Shown in pieces: positions 33,782 through 42,630 of a stretch of 64,000 bases of DNA. The translations under genes and the position numbers were made by a program. This stretch comes from an uncultured Actinomycetes bacterium (lineage in GTDB: Bacteria > Actinomycetota > Thermoleophilia > Gaiellales > JAICJC01). The stretch covers positions 42,815-106,814 of the forward strand of contig CAWEYE010000006.1 of assembly GCA_963813245.1 (NCBI GenBank), written 5' to 3'. A model generated the notes under the pieces. That model did not search any database and was not told the DNA's origin. It worked only from the letters and a program-made list of their open reading frames with translations. The stretch's first letter is position 1; every line of letters starts with the position of its first letter.

Positions 33782-34582
33782 ATGCCCCGCCGCCCCGCCA
33801 CTCAGCGCGATTGCGCCCGGGCGCTGTGGCTGCTCGGCCTGCAGACACCCGTCACGGCCGACGACCTCACCGTCGCCTACCGCGCCCGCATCTCGCAGGC
33901 GCATCCCGATCGCCACCTGGGGTCGGCCGCGCGCGAGGAGGCGGCCAACACGCTCACCCGGGCGCTCAACGACGCCCGCGCGGTCGTTTCGGAGTGGATC
34001 GGCTCGAGCCGGGAATGGCCGCGCGTCCCCGCCGCCGCAGGCGGCCCGCGTCCGCCTGCCCCGGCGCAGCCGGCGCCCGGCCCCGCCCGGCCGGCTCCCG
34101 TGTGTCCGCGCACCGGCCTGCGCGCCGGCGATCTCGTGCGCGTGTGGCCGTACGACGGCGATGCCCGGGCGGTGGCCGGGACGATCGTGGGCTCCCGCTA
34201 TGCGCCCGCGTGGGTGGTGCTCGACGACGGTGCCGAGGTGCCGGCTGACCGCGTCCGGCTGGCCGCCTTCGCCTGCCCGGTGTGCGGGATCTGCGCCGGC
34301 CCGGCCGTCGAGCACCCGGTGCTGCGGCCGTGCCCCGACTGCCTGGTCGACCTGCGCCGGCTGGAGCGCCACGCCGCCGAGGCGGCCCGGGTGCGCAGCG
34401 CTATCGAGGCCAGAGCCCAGGCCGGGATGGCCGCGGCCGACGGCCTGGGGGACGAGCGTCTCGCCGAGCGCGCCCGCGACCGGCGCGGCTGGGCGCGGCG
34501 GCTGCGCTCGGCGGCGGCCGACGAACTGCACGCGGCGCTCGTCTCGGCGTTCACGAACGCCTTCGACCGCTGGGCGGCCTGA
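33782..34582 (+). CDS. J-domain (DnaJ-like) protein with Pro-rich linker and CxxC..CxxC zinc ribbon
   Basis: ATG 33782 lies inside ORF 33668..34582. The J-domain has the HPD motif (LGLQTPVTADDLTVAYRARISQAHPDRH). Later come ACPVCGICAG...RPCPDC. It is divergent from the kinase gene (83-nt spacer). Confidence 0.7.
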   Translation: MPRRPATQRDCARALWLLGLQTPVTADDLTVAYRARISQAHPDRHLGSAAREEAANTLTRALNDARAVVSEWIGSSREWPRVPAAAGGPRPPAPAQPAPGPARPAPVCPRTGLRAGDLVRVWPYDGDARAVAGTIVGSRYAPAWVVLDDGAEVPADRVRLAAFACPVCGICAGPAVEHPVLRPCPDCLVDLRRLERHAAEAARVRSAIEARAQAGMAAADGLGDERLAERARDRRGWARRLRSAAADELHAALVSAFTNAFDRWAA

Positions 34583-34638
34583 GGGGCGCCGGAACGCGGT
34601 GCTAGAGTGCGGCTCCAGGGTTGTAGCAGGAGGCACGA

Positions 34639-35070
34639 TTGAACGTAGCCGAGATCATGCAGACCAGCCTGGTGACGAGCCCGCCGGAGGCCAGCGTGCT
34701 CGCGGTTGCCCAGCTGCTCACGCAGCGCGGCGTGGGGGCGTGCCTCGTAATTGAGGACGGCCGCCTGGCCGGGATCTTCACCGAGCGCGACCTGCTGCAC
34801 CTGGTGGCGACGGGCGCGGACGTGCGCGACCAGCCCGTCGCCGGTGTGATGACCCGGGACGTGACGATGGCCCCGCCCGACGCCGAGGTGCTGTGGGCGG
34901 CCGACACGATGCGCCGACTCGGCGTGCGCCACCTCCCGGTCGGCGAGGGCGGCCATGTCGTCGGGATCGTCTCGATCCGCGACCTGTACGCCGCCGCGGA
35001 GGCGGTGCTGCGGCTCGATCCGCGCGGCGCCGACGCCGCCCGCGACGTGCTCTCGGCAGCGGGGGGCTGA
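34639..35070 (+). CDS. CBS domain pair protein
   Basis: ORF 34639..35070 (TTG start 6 nt after AGGAGG). Two CBS motifs (VGACLVIEDGRLAGIFTERDLL; VRHLPVGEGGHVVGIVSIRDL). Confidence 0.85.
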   Translation: MNVAEIMQTSLVTSPPEASVLAVAQLLTQRGVGACLVIEDGRLAGIFTERDLLHLVATGADVRDQPVAGVMTRDVTMAPPDAEVLWAADTMRRLGVRHLPVGEGGHVVGIVSIRDLYAAAEAVLRLDPRGADAARDVLSAAGG

Positions 35071-35103
35071 CCCGAGCAGAGCTTCGACGAGAGGAGCAGC
35101 ACC

Positions 35104-35382
35104 ATGCAGCAGCCACACGACGACCCTGGTTACGCCATTCGGATCGGCCTTCTGGCGGTGATCGCCTTCATGTCCTGGCCGGTTTGGCTGGCAGTCGTCG
35201 CGGGGGAGCGCACGTTCAACTCGGCGGTGCTGTGGTCGGCCGCCGTGCCGCTTCTGCTGACGCTGATGGTGCCCGCGGTGGCGTTCCACCTCGGCGCGCA
35301 CATCCACCACGGCTTCACGCGGGCCGAGCACGCGCTGCACATCGACTCCTTCCTGCACGACCACCTGCACCGGCACGCCTGA
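35104..35382 (+). CDS. Small membrane protein with His-rich C-terminus
   Basis: ORF 35104..35382 (ATG after GAGAGGAG). Two or three hydrophobic helices, then HLGAHIHHGFTRAEHALHIDSFLHDHLHRHA. Codon bias looks coding. Confidence 0.55.
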   Translation: MQQPHDDPGYAIRIGLLAVIAFMSWPVWLAVVAGERTFNSAVLWSAAVPLLLTLMVPAVAFHLGAHIHHGFTRAEHALHIDSFLHDHLHRHA

Positions 35383-35400
35383 GCGCTCCGGCGCGAGCGT

Positions 35401-36396
35401 TCACACGGCGGTCGTCGAGCCCAGCCGCCCGGCCAGCGTGCGGCCCACGAGTTCGATCGGCTCCAGGTCGTGGGCGTCGGGCAGGCTGATCAGCATGCCG
35501 TCGAGCCCCGCCTCGAGGAACGCGTCGACCTGCTCGAGCACCGCGTCGGGGTCGCCGGTGATGAACGAGCCGCGGATGCGGTCGGGGTCGAGGTTGCGGA
35601 TCTCGGCCACCCGCTTGGCATTGCGCTCGGCCTCGGCCTGGGTGGCGGCGATGTTGACCGGCCCCAGCCGCGTCTTCGTGATCTCGGCCGGGTCGCGGCC
35701 GATCCGCTCGCACGCCGCCTCGAGCACGGCCACCTTGTGCCGGATCGTCTCGACGTCGCCGAAGAAGTTGCACGCGTCGGCGTAGCGCGCGACCAGCGGG
35801 ATCGTGCGCCGCTCGCCGCTGCCGCCGATCAGGATCGGGGGGCCGCCCGGCCGCACGGGGCGGGGGTAGTTGAGGACGGCGTCGACGCGGTGGTGCGTTC
35901 CGGTGAAGGTCGGCGCCTCCTGCGTGAACATCGCCCGGCAGATCTGCACCGCGTCCTCGAGCCGGTCGAACCGCTCCCGCAGCGGCGGGAACTCGAACCC
36001 GTAGCCGTTGTGCTCGTCGTCGTTCCAGGCGGCGCCGATGCCGAGGATGGCGCGGCCGCCCGAGATCACGTCCAGGGTCGTTACCATCTTCGCGAGCAGC
36101 GCCGGGTTGCGGTACGTGACGCCCGTGACCATCGTGCCGAGCTGCGCCCGCGAGGTGCGGGCCGCGATCGCCGAGAGCAGCGAGTACGCCTCGAGCATCG
36201 GCTCCGTGCGCTTGCCGACGACCGCGATCTGGTAGAGGTGGTCCATGACCCACACCGAGTCGAAGCCCGACCGCTCGGCCGTGCCGGCGATCTGGGCGAT
36301 CCGCTCGAACAGGTCGGCGTCGGCGACGCCGGGATACGTGAAGCTGTTGATCTGAAGTCCGAACCGGGTCACCGGCCGGTGGGCGCGCGTCGGCAT
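35401..36396 (-). CDS. LLM-class F420-dependent oxidoreductase
   Basis: ATG 36396 (after GAAGGAGGA) lies inside ORF 35401..36672. RFGLQINSF..., GFDSVWVMDHL, GRAILGIGAAWNDDEHNGYGF and PPILIGGSGERRT are typical of the F420-dependent LLM subfamily. Confidence 0.88.
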   Translation of the reverse strand: MPTRAHRPVTRFGLQINSFTYPGVADADLFERIAQIAGTAERSGFDSVWVMDHLYQIAVVGKRTEPMLEAYSLLSAIAARTSRAQLGTMVTGVTYRNPALLAKMVTTLDVISGGRAILGIGAAWNDDEHNGYGFEFPPLRERFDRLEDAVQICRAMFTQEAPTFTGTHHRVDAVLNYPRPVRPGGPPILIGGSGERRTIPLVARYADACNFFGDVETIRHKVAVLEAACERIGRDPAEITKTRLGPVNIAATQAEAERNAKRVAEIRNLDPDRIRGSFITGDPDAVLEQVDAFLEAGLDGMLISLPDAHDLEPIELVGRTLAGRLGSTTAV

Positions 36397-36409
36397 CCGT
36401 CCTCCTTCT

Positions 36410-36979
36410 CTACTGACCTGGAGTATGCCGCCGCGCGCGATAGGCGCGCACCTTGTGGCGGCTCCCGCAGGCCGCCATATCGCACCAGTGGCTCGAGCGA
36501 TTGCGGGAGCGATCGTAGAAGGCCCATTCGCAGCCGGGGTCGAGGCAGACCTTGAACCGTGCCCAGGTGCCGTCGACCTGCGCGGTGTAGACCGCCGCCA
36601 GGATGCGGGCAAGGGCCGCGTCGACGCCCTCGCGCCCGGCCTCGTGCAGTGACGCTCCGCCGCTTGCGTCAAGCTCCACGCGCAGCGGCGCGCGGGCCGC
36701 GAGGCCGTTCACGAGCACCGTCGCGGCGGGATCGGGGGCGGCGCCGGTATTGGCGCGCAGGAGGGCGCGCAGCGCCTCGCGCAGCGCTCTGGCGGACGCG
36801 GCGTCGGTGTCGGCGAGCGCCCCGTCGCCGCCGGGTAGGCCCTGCCCGCGCAGCCACGCGGTCAGATCCTCGCCGCCGCAGAGAAGATCCTGGCCCTCTT
36901 CGACGTCAAGGGTATTGACGAAGTCCTGCACCAGTTTCAGCGATCCGGGGGCAGGGGCACGGGCGGAGTCGGTGGTCAC
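36410..36979 (-). CDS. CGNR zinc-finger (ABATE domain) protein
   Basis: ORF 36410..36979 (GTG). N-terminal LKLVQDFVNTLD. C-terminal CLDPGCEWAFYDRSRNRSSHWCDMAACGSRHKVRAYRAR is the CGNR-type zinc finger (CGSR variant). Confidence 0.85.
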   Translation of the reverse strand: MTTDSARAPAPGSLKLVQDFVNTLDVEEGQDLLCGGEDLTAWLRGQGLPGGDGALADTDAASARALREALRALLRANTGAAPDPAATVLVNGLAARAPLRVELDASGGASLHEAGREGVDAALARILAAVYTAQVDGTWARFKVCLDPGCEWAFYDRSRNRSSHWCDMAACGSRHKVRAYRARRHTPGQ

Positions 36980-37004
36980 GGTGACACGATACCACCGTAG
37001 GCAT

Positions 37005-37047
37005 TTGACAGGTAACCGTAACCGGCATAGAATGGTGACCGGTAACC
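37005..37047 (+). promoter_or_regulatory. Consensus-like sigma-70 promoter flanked by GT(A/G)ACC hexamer repeats
   Basis: TTGACA (37005-37010), a 17-nt spacer, then TAGAAT (37028-37033), about 31 nt upstream of ATG 37065. Tandem GTAACC GTAACC (37012-37023) fills the spacer, and GTGACC-G-GTAACC (37035-37047) follows the -10. Confidence 0.55.
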
Positions 37048-37064
37048 AGGAGAGGAGGGATCAC

Positions 37065-37478
37065 ATGCACAATGCTCAGTCATGGCTCGCTCTGCGGGGA
37101 CTGGATCTCGGAGCACACGGCGAGCGCGCGCGGCGCGAGGCCGACCGCGCCGTCATGCGCCGCGTGATCGATCCCGACGCTCCCCTCGACGGCCGCGCGG
37201 CGAAGCGGCTGCAGAAGCTGACGTCGCAGCGGTACCGGTCGATGCTCGCCCGCGTGCTGCGGCGCGACCTCGAGCTCGGCATGGCCCGCGCCCCTGTGGC
37301 GCCGCCGGTGGCCCGCCTGCTCGCCCGAAACGCCGATCAGGCGGCGATGATCGCCGCCGGCCTCGAGCACGGCGATCCCGACCCGCGCGCCGTCATCGAG
37401 ACCGAGCGCCTGCTCGAGGCGGCCATGCCCTCGCCCGAGCGGCTGGCCTGGATCGGGCGCCTGCTCGCCGCGGCGTAG
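37065..37478 (+). CDS. Hypothetical protein
   Basis: ATG 37065 follows AGGAGAGGAGGG, inside ORF 36603..37478. Its 137 aa are helical and Arg/Ala-rich, with coding-like bias. No family recognised. Confidence 0.55.
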   Translation: MHNAQSWLALRGLDLGAHGERARREADRAVMRRVIDPDAPLDGRAAKRLQKLTSQRYRSMLARVLRRDLELGMARAPVAPPVARLLARNADQAAMIAAGLEHGDPDPRAVIETERLLEAAMPSPERLAWIGRLLAAA

Positions 37479-37484
37479 GCGCTC

Positions 37485-38757
37485 TCAGACGGCTGCGGCC
37501 GCGGGCGACGCGGCGGCGACCGTCTCGATCGCGGCGGCCATCCCGGCGGCCATCGCCTGGAGCTGCGCCTCGGTGATCACGTAGGGCGGGGAGATCTGCA
37601 GCGCCCGCCCGGCCAGGCCGCGCGTGAGGACGCCGTGGTCGCGGCAGGCGTGCACGATCCGCTCGACGAGCCCCGGGTCGGCCGCGCGCACATCGGCATC
37701 GAACTCGATGGCGGCCAGCAGGCCGAGCCCGGCGCGCACCTCGCTCACGAGCGGCGCCGTGCGCAGCGGCTCGACCGCGGCCGCGAGCACCGGCTCCATG
37801 TCGGCCACCCGCTCGACCAGCCGCTCACGCGTCATCAGGTCGAGGTTGGCCAGCCCCGCCGCGCAGGCGGTGGGGTGGCCGGAGTACGTGAAGCCGTGCC
37901 GGAAGAGGGTGCCCGGCCGCGACCAGAACGGCTCCTGCACGCGCTCGCTCGCGATCACGGCGCCGAGCGGCAGGTAGCCGGAGGTGATCGCCTTCGCGCA
38001 CGTGATCAGATCCGGCTCGATCCCGAGCCGGTCGCTGCCGAACCATCTGCCGAGGCGGCCGAAGCCGGTGATCGACCTCGTCGGCGATCAGGAGCACGTC
38101 GTGTCGCCGGCACAGCTCCTGCACGGCCGCCCAGTAGCCGGCGGGCGGATGCAGGATGCCGCCCGCGCCGATCACCGGCTCGCCGATGACGGCCGCCACC
38201 TCGTCCCCGCGCGCCTCGAGCAGCGCGGCCAGCTCGGCCGGGTCGTCGTGCGACACGGAGGCGACGCCGGGGATCAGCGTGCCGAAGCCCTCGCGGTTGG
38301 AGGGGATGCCGGCCAGGCTCGTGCCGTAGGCGTTCATGCCGTGGTAGGCGTGGCGGCGGTGCACGATCACCTGCTTTTCGGCCCGCCCGAGCGCATGCCA
38401 GTAGCGGCGGGCGAGCTTGGCGGCCGTGTCGACCGCCTCCGAGCCGCCGCTGGTGAAGAAGACGGCGCCGTTTGCAAGCGGTGAGAGCTCCGAGACGCGC
38501 TCGGCCAGGTCGAGCGCCGGCCGGTTGGCCAGCCGCTCGAACGTGTCGTAGGCGGCCAGTCGCCGCATCTGATCGGCGGCCGCGGCGGCGATCTCACCCC
38601 GGCCGTGGCCCACCGCGCAGTACCACAGGCCGCCGCGGGCGTCGATGTACTCACGGCCCTGCTCGTCCCAGACGACGGCGCCCTCGCCGCGATCGATCAC
38701 GACCTCGGCGTCCTTCACGACCGCCATGTCGGCGAACGGGTGCCAGAGCCGCGTCAT
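37485..38757 (-). pseudogene. Class III (omega/GABA-type) PLP-dependent aminotransferase, one frameshift at 38073
   Basis: ATG 38757 (MTRLWHPFADM...FFTSGGSEAVDTA...VLLIADEV) is in the frame of ORF 37825..38826. The continuation ITGFGRLGRWFGSDRLGIEPDLITCAKAITSGYLPLGAVIASERV... is in the frame of ORF 37485..37958. An extra C at 38073 separates the Val and Ile codons. Confidence 0.85.
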
Positions 38758-39464
38758 CGCGTGGACGATATCAGCGCGTCGAAGAGCGGCTGCCCGGAGC
38801 CGGGCACGTCGGCCTCGGGGTGCCACAGGACGCCGACGCAGAACCGGCCGTCGGCCACCTCGAGCCCCTCGACCGTCCCGTCGTGGGCGTGCGCCGACAC
38901 CGTCAGGCGCGCGCCGACGCGGCCGATGCCCTGATGGTGGTGCGAGCGCACGAGCGGCCGGGAGCCGACGATCGTGCGGGTGCGGCTGCCGGCCACCGTG
39001 ACGATCTCGTGCTGGCCCCAGTTGGCGTCGTCGAGGCGGTGCGGCGTCTGGTCGACGACGTCCTCCAGGTGCTGCACGAGCGTGCCGCCGCAGGCGACGT
39101 TCAGAAGCTGGATGCCGCGGCAGATGGCGAGCATTGGCAGGTCGCGGTCAAGCGCACCGCGCACGAGCCCCAGCTCGGCCGCGTCGCGGCGGTGGTGCTT
39201 GGGCCCCGTGCGCGGGTGCGGCTCGTGGCCGTAGAGATCGGAGCCGACGTCCTCGCCGCCCGCGACGACCAGCCCGTCGAGGAGGTCGAGCACGTCGTCG
39301 GGGTCGTGCTCCCACAGCGGGTCGGGAGGCAGGACGACGGCCCGGCCGCCGGCGAGTCGCACACCCTCGACGTAGCCCTGGGCGATGAACGCCGCGTCGA
39401 GCGCCCACTCGCCCATGACCGCGTCGCGCCAGTAGCTCGTGATGCCGATGCTGGGCCTGGTCAT
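38754..39464 (-). CDS. Gamma-glutamyl-gamma-aminobutyrate hydrolase-like class I glutamine amidotransferase (PuuD / peptidase C26 family)
   Basis: ORF 38754..39464, intact. LPMLAICRGIQLLNVACGGTL (nucleophile Cys) and GVLWHPE (His/Glu). The stop overlaps the aminotransferase start (ATGA 38754-38757). Confidence 0.88.
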   Translation of the reverse strand: MTRPSIGITSYWRDAVMGEWALDAAFIAQGYVEGVRLAGGRAVVLPPDPLWEHDPDDVLDLLDGLVVAGGEDVGSDLYGHEPHPRTGPKHHRRDAAELGLVRGALDRDLPMLAICRGIQLLNVACGGTLVQHLEDVVDQTPHRLDDANWGQHEIVTVAGSRTRTIVGSRPLVRSHHHQGIGRVGARLTVSAHAHDGTVEGLEVADGRFCVGVLWHPEADVPGSGQPLFDALISSTR

Positions 39465-39541
39465 CGTGCGCGTTGCTCAGAACGGAGGCCGGGCCCCGAT
39501 CGCTCCCACACGATCGAGACCCGGCGCCAGCTTGGATCTGT

Positions 39542-41092
39542 TCAGTCGCCCGACGCGGCTTCGAGGGTGGTGTCGAGCGGGATATCCACCGCCTTCGCCC
39601 GCACGTCGGCGGCGAGGGCGTAGCCGATCAGCCCGAACACGAGGATGACCGCCAGCGTGCCGAGGGTGAAGACCTCGAACCGCAGCCGGGTAGACGCCGT
39701 AGCTGTCCATGACGCTGTAGCTGTGGCCGGTGATCGATTCGAGCGTGCCCGGGAAGACCGCCACCCACGAGCCCAGGAGCATCCACGCGGTGCAGAGGGC
39801 AGTGCACACCCACATCAGGCCGTCCCCGCTCTTGCCGAGCCGGTACGGCCGCGGCACCTGGGGGTGGCTCTTGCGCAGCTTGATCGCCGCCGGGAAGATC
39901 AGCAGGTAGCTGAGCAGGGTGGTTGAGGTGGCCAGGTACAGCACCACGGTGAACGTGTTCGCCGCGCTGGCCGAGCCGCTCAGGAGCTGCACGGCCGCCA
40001 ACATGAAGAGCGTCGAGGCGATGCCCGACATCACGTTCACCCGCACCGGCGTGCCCAGGCGGGCGTGGAACCGGCCGAAGTAGCCCGGGAAGGCGCCGTC
40101 GTAGGCCGCCACCGCCAGGATCCGGTCGGAGCCCATCATCCACACCGCGCCCGAGGTGACCAGGGCGAAGATGAACCCGAACACCATCACGTCGGTGAGG
40201 AAGTTCTGGGCGCCGCCGTAGACGCCGAAGGTCGTGTGCACGGCGTCCAGGAACCCGCCGATGCCGGTGATCAGCGCTGGATGGCAGCACGGCCAGGATG
40301 CCGAACACCGGGATCGAGTAGGCGAGCACGGTGATGACGCCGCTCTGGAGCACCGTCACCGGCACGTCGCGCTGCGGGTTCTGCATCTCCTCGGCGGCCC
40401 CGTTCTGGAGCTCGAAGCCGACGTAGTTGAAGAGCAGCAGCGGCACGAGGCCGAGGAAGATGACCAGCGAGTTCGGATTGAAGTCGCCGGCGGCGTAGCC
40501 GTGCACGCCGTGCTCGATGCCGTAGATGAGCACGGTCACGGAGAAGAACGCGAGCACCCCGATGCGGACGATCGCACCCGACGTTCGGGATCCACTTGCC
40601 GTGCCGCAGCGATGCGATCGCGACGCCGATCGAGATCCAGATGAAGATGACCTTGAAGGCGATGTTGCCGACCGTGAAGCCGCTGCCGATGGGATGCAGG
40701 TTGTCACTCCAGGCGGCGGTGGCGATGAAGGCCAGCGAGCCGCCCACCCACAGCGGGTTCGTGACCCAGTAGAGCACGGATCCCAGGCCGGCCGCCAGCC
40801 GGCCCCAGCTCATCTTCATCCACTCGTACGGCCCGCCCTCCTGCGTGAACGCGGCTCCCAGCTCCGCCATCACAAGCGCGTATGGGAACACGAACAGGAC
40901 GGCCAGGATGACGAGCCACGTGAACGTTTGCGCGCCGAACCCCGACACCTGACCGAGCGTGTCGAGCCCGACCAGGGCGCAGACGGTGAAGAAGAGCATG
41001 TCGAATCTGCGCAGGCTCTTGTGCAGATGCCCCTTCTCCTCGAGCGCCATTGCGGTCGTATGCTCGACCGCACCTCCCTCAGATGCACTCAT
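39542..41092 (-). pseudogene. APC-superfamily amino-acid/polyamine permease, three frameshifts
   Basis: ATG 41092 (frame of ORF 40271..41212) runs to ...RHGKWIPNVG. The frame of ORF 39628..40707 reads AIVRIGVLAFF...GILAVLPSS. The frame of ORF 39477..40241 reads LITGIGGFLDAVHTTFGVYGG...SVMDSYGV. A fourth segment, STRLRFEVFTLGTLAVILVFGLIGYALAADVRAKAVDIPLDTTLEAASGD*, ends with the stop at 39542-39544. The breaks are at about 40579 (CCC run), 40275 and about 39690. The total of 1551 nt equals 517 codons. Confidence 0.85.
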
Positions 41093-41254
41093 GGGACCCC
41101 TTCCCGAAGAACACGGATAGACGACAGATAAGACGTCGCCGCAACGATGAACGTTGCAAGTATGGACGAAAAGGCGGCCGTCGCCTAGTGTCTGCGCCGC
41201 GCCGGCAGGCACGGTCCTACGGGGCGGCGGCCCAGGCCGCCCCAGGCCGGGACG

Positions 41255-41734
41255 CTACGCCGAGGTGGGCAGGGTGAGGTCCGCCAGCGTGGCGGTGCCG
41301 AGAACGCGCAGGGCCGGGTCGATCGCGGCCATGCGTCCCGCCACCGCCTGCTCGAGATCGTTCGCGGCGGCGTCGGCCAGCTCGCGCCCGGCTGCGGTCA
41401 GCTCGGTGCGGCCATAGGCGCCGTGGCGTGTTGCCAGCCCGCGCGCGCACAGGCGCAGAGCGATCTGCTTTGCCTGGCTCTGGCTGGCGGCCAGCTGCGC
41501 CGCCAGGCGGGTTGTCTCGAGCGGCTCCTCGGAGCGGAGCAACAGCAGCGCATACAGCTCCATCGGCCGTAGCGCGCACCGGCGGGCCGCCTCGAGGACC
41601 GCCCGGTCCAACGCTCTGACCATCCGCAGCCCCGCCGGCACGTCGTGGGAGGAGAGGGAGGGGGATCTTCCATCCACGACTGTCAAGCCGGCGCGGCTGC
41701 GGAGGTCAGGTGATGGTGTTGCCACGGGCGGCAT
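41255..41734 (-). CDS. MarR-family-like transcriptional regulator
   Basis: This is the C-terminal part of ORF 41255..42847. ATG 41734 or ATG 41623 could be the start. The winged-helix-like block is LRPMELYALLLLRSEEPLETTRLAAQLAASQSQAKQIALRLCARGLATR. Confidence 0.6.
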   Translation of the reverse strand: MPPVATPSPDLRSRAGLTVVDGRSPSLSSHDVPAGLRMVRALDRAVLEAARRCALRPMELYALLLLRSEEPLETTRLAAQLAASQSQAKQIALRLCARGLATRHGAYGRTELTAAGRELADAAANDLEQAVAGRMAAIDPALRVLGTATLADLTLPTSA

Positions 41735-41811
41735 TGTCCGCTGATTGGGTAGGGGTGCCCTCCCCCTTTTGGGGTAACTTTTCGGTCGACTTCCCGAATT
41801 TGACCTCAGGG

Positions 41812-42630
41812 TTAACCAGTTATGTCCCGGCGCACGAAGTGGGCCCACGCCACGATCAGTGCCGAGAGGGCATAGACCGTTGACACATAGGCCGCGTGGA
41901 CGATCGGCGCCCAGTCGAGCGGGGTGCGAAAGAGCGTCTCCCAGACGTCGAGCTGGGTCGTCAGCATCCACCGCTGCGCCGCCGGGTCGTCGAGCACCGG
42001 GACGATCTGCGTGAGCTGCTCGAGCAGCGCCACCATCAGCGTCCCGACGACGGCCGCGGCGCTGTTGCGCGACACCGTCGAGAGCAGGATGCCGATCGCG
42101 GCCAGCGCGAGCACCGGCATCGCGTAGAGGGCGAAGCTGCCGACGACCAGCGCGAGCGCCCGCGACGGCGAGATCACCGTCGAGAACGTGGGCAGCGGGT
42201 GAAAGCCGCTCGCCAGGCCGCCGGCGATCGTGCCGGCGACGCCCATCGTCACGACCGCCACGAGCACGTAGGCGAAGGCCGCGACGACCTTGGCCGCGAA
42301 GATGCTGCTGCGGCTCGTCGACCGGGTGAGGATCGTCTTCAGCGTGCGGTTGTGGTCCTCGGCCGCCACGATGTCGCCGGCGACGAGCGCCGTCACGAGC
42401 GGGAACAGGAAGAGCGCCGCGAACAGCAGGGACAGGAGCGGCAGGGCGAACCCCGACTCGACGGCGAAGCGCAGGAAGAAGGGCAGGCCGGAGTCGGTCG
42501 GGTCGGGCGGGTGCACCACGATCGCCACGGCGAGCAGCACGGGTGCGGCCGCGGCGGCGCCGACGCCGACGTAGGTGCGCCGCTGGGCGGCGAGCTTGCG
42601 CAGCTCCCAGCGCAGCGCCCGCCGGGTCAC
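41812..42630 (-). CDS. ABC-2 type transporter permease
   Basis: GTG 42630 overlaps the ATPase stop (GTGA). It has six hydrophobic segments and resembles ABC-2 permeases (LVAGDIVAAEDHNRTLKTILTRSTSRSSIFAAK). Confidence 0.75.
   Translation of the reverse strand: MTRRALRWELRKLAAQRRTYVGVGAAAAAPVLLAVAIVVHPPDPTDSGLPFFLRFAVESGFALPLLSLLFAALFLFPLVTALVAGDIVAAEDHNRTLKTILTRSTSRSSIFAAKVVAAFAYVLVAVVTMGVAGTIAGGLASGFHPLPTFSTVISPSRALALVVGSFALYAMPVLALAAIGILLSTVSRNSAAAVVGTLMVALLEQLTQIVPVLDDPAAQRWMLTTQLDVWETLFRTPLDWAPIVHAAYVSTVYALSALIVAWAHFVRRDITG

Noticed and set aside
39542-41092. Programmed ribosomal frameshifting as an explanation for the three +1 shifts in the permease
   Set aside because: There are no slippery heptamers or stimulatory structures at the three sites. 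Similar isolated indels occur in unrelated genes, so mutation or sequencing error is far more parsimonious.
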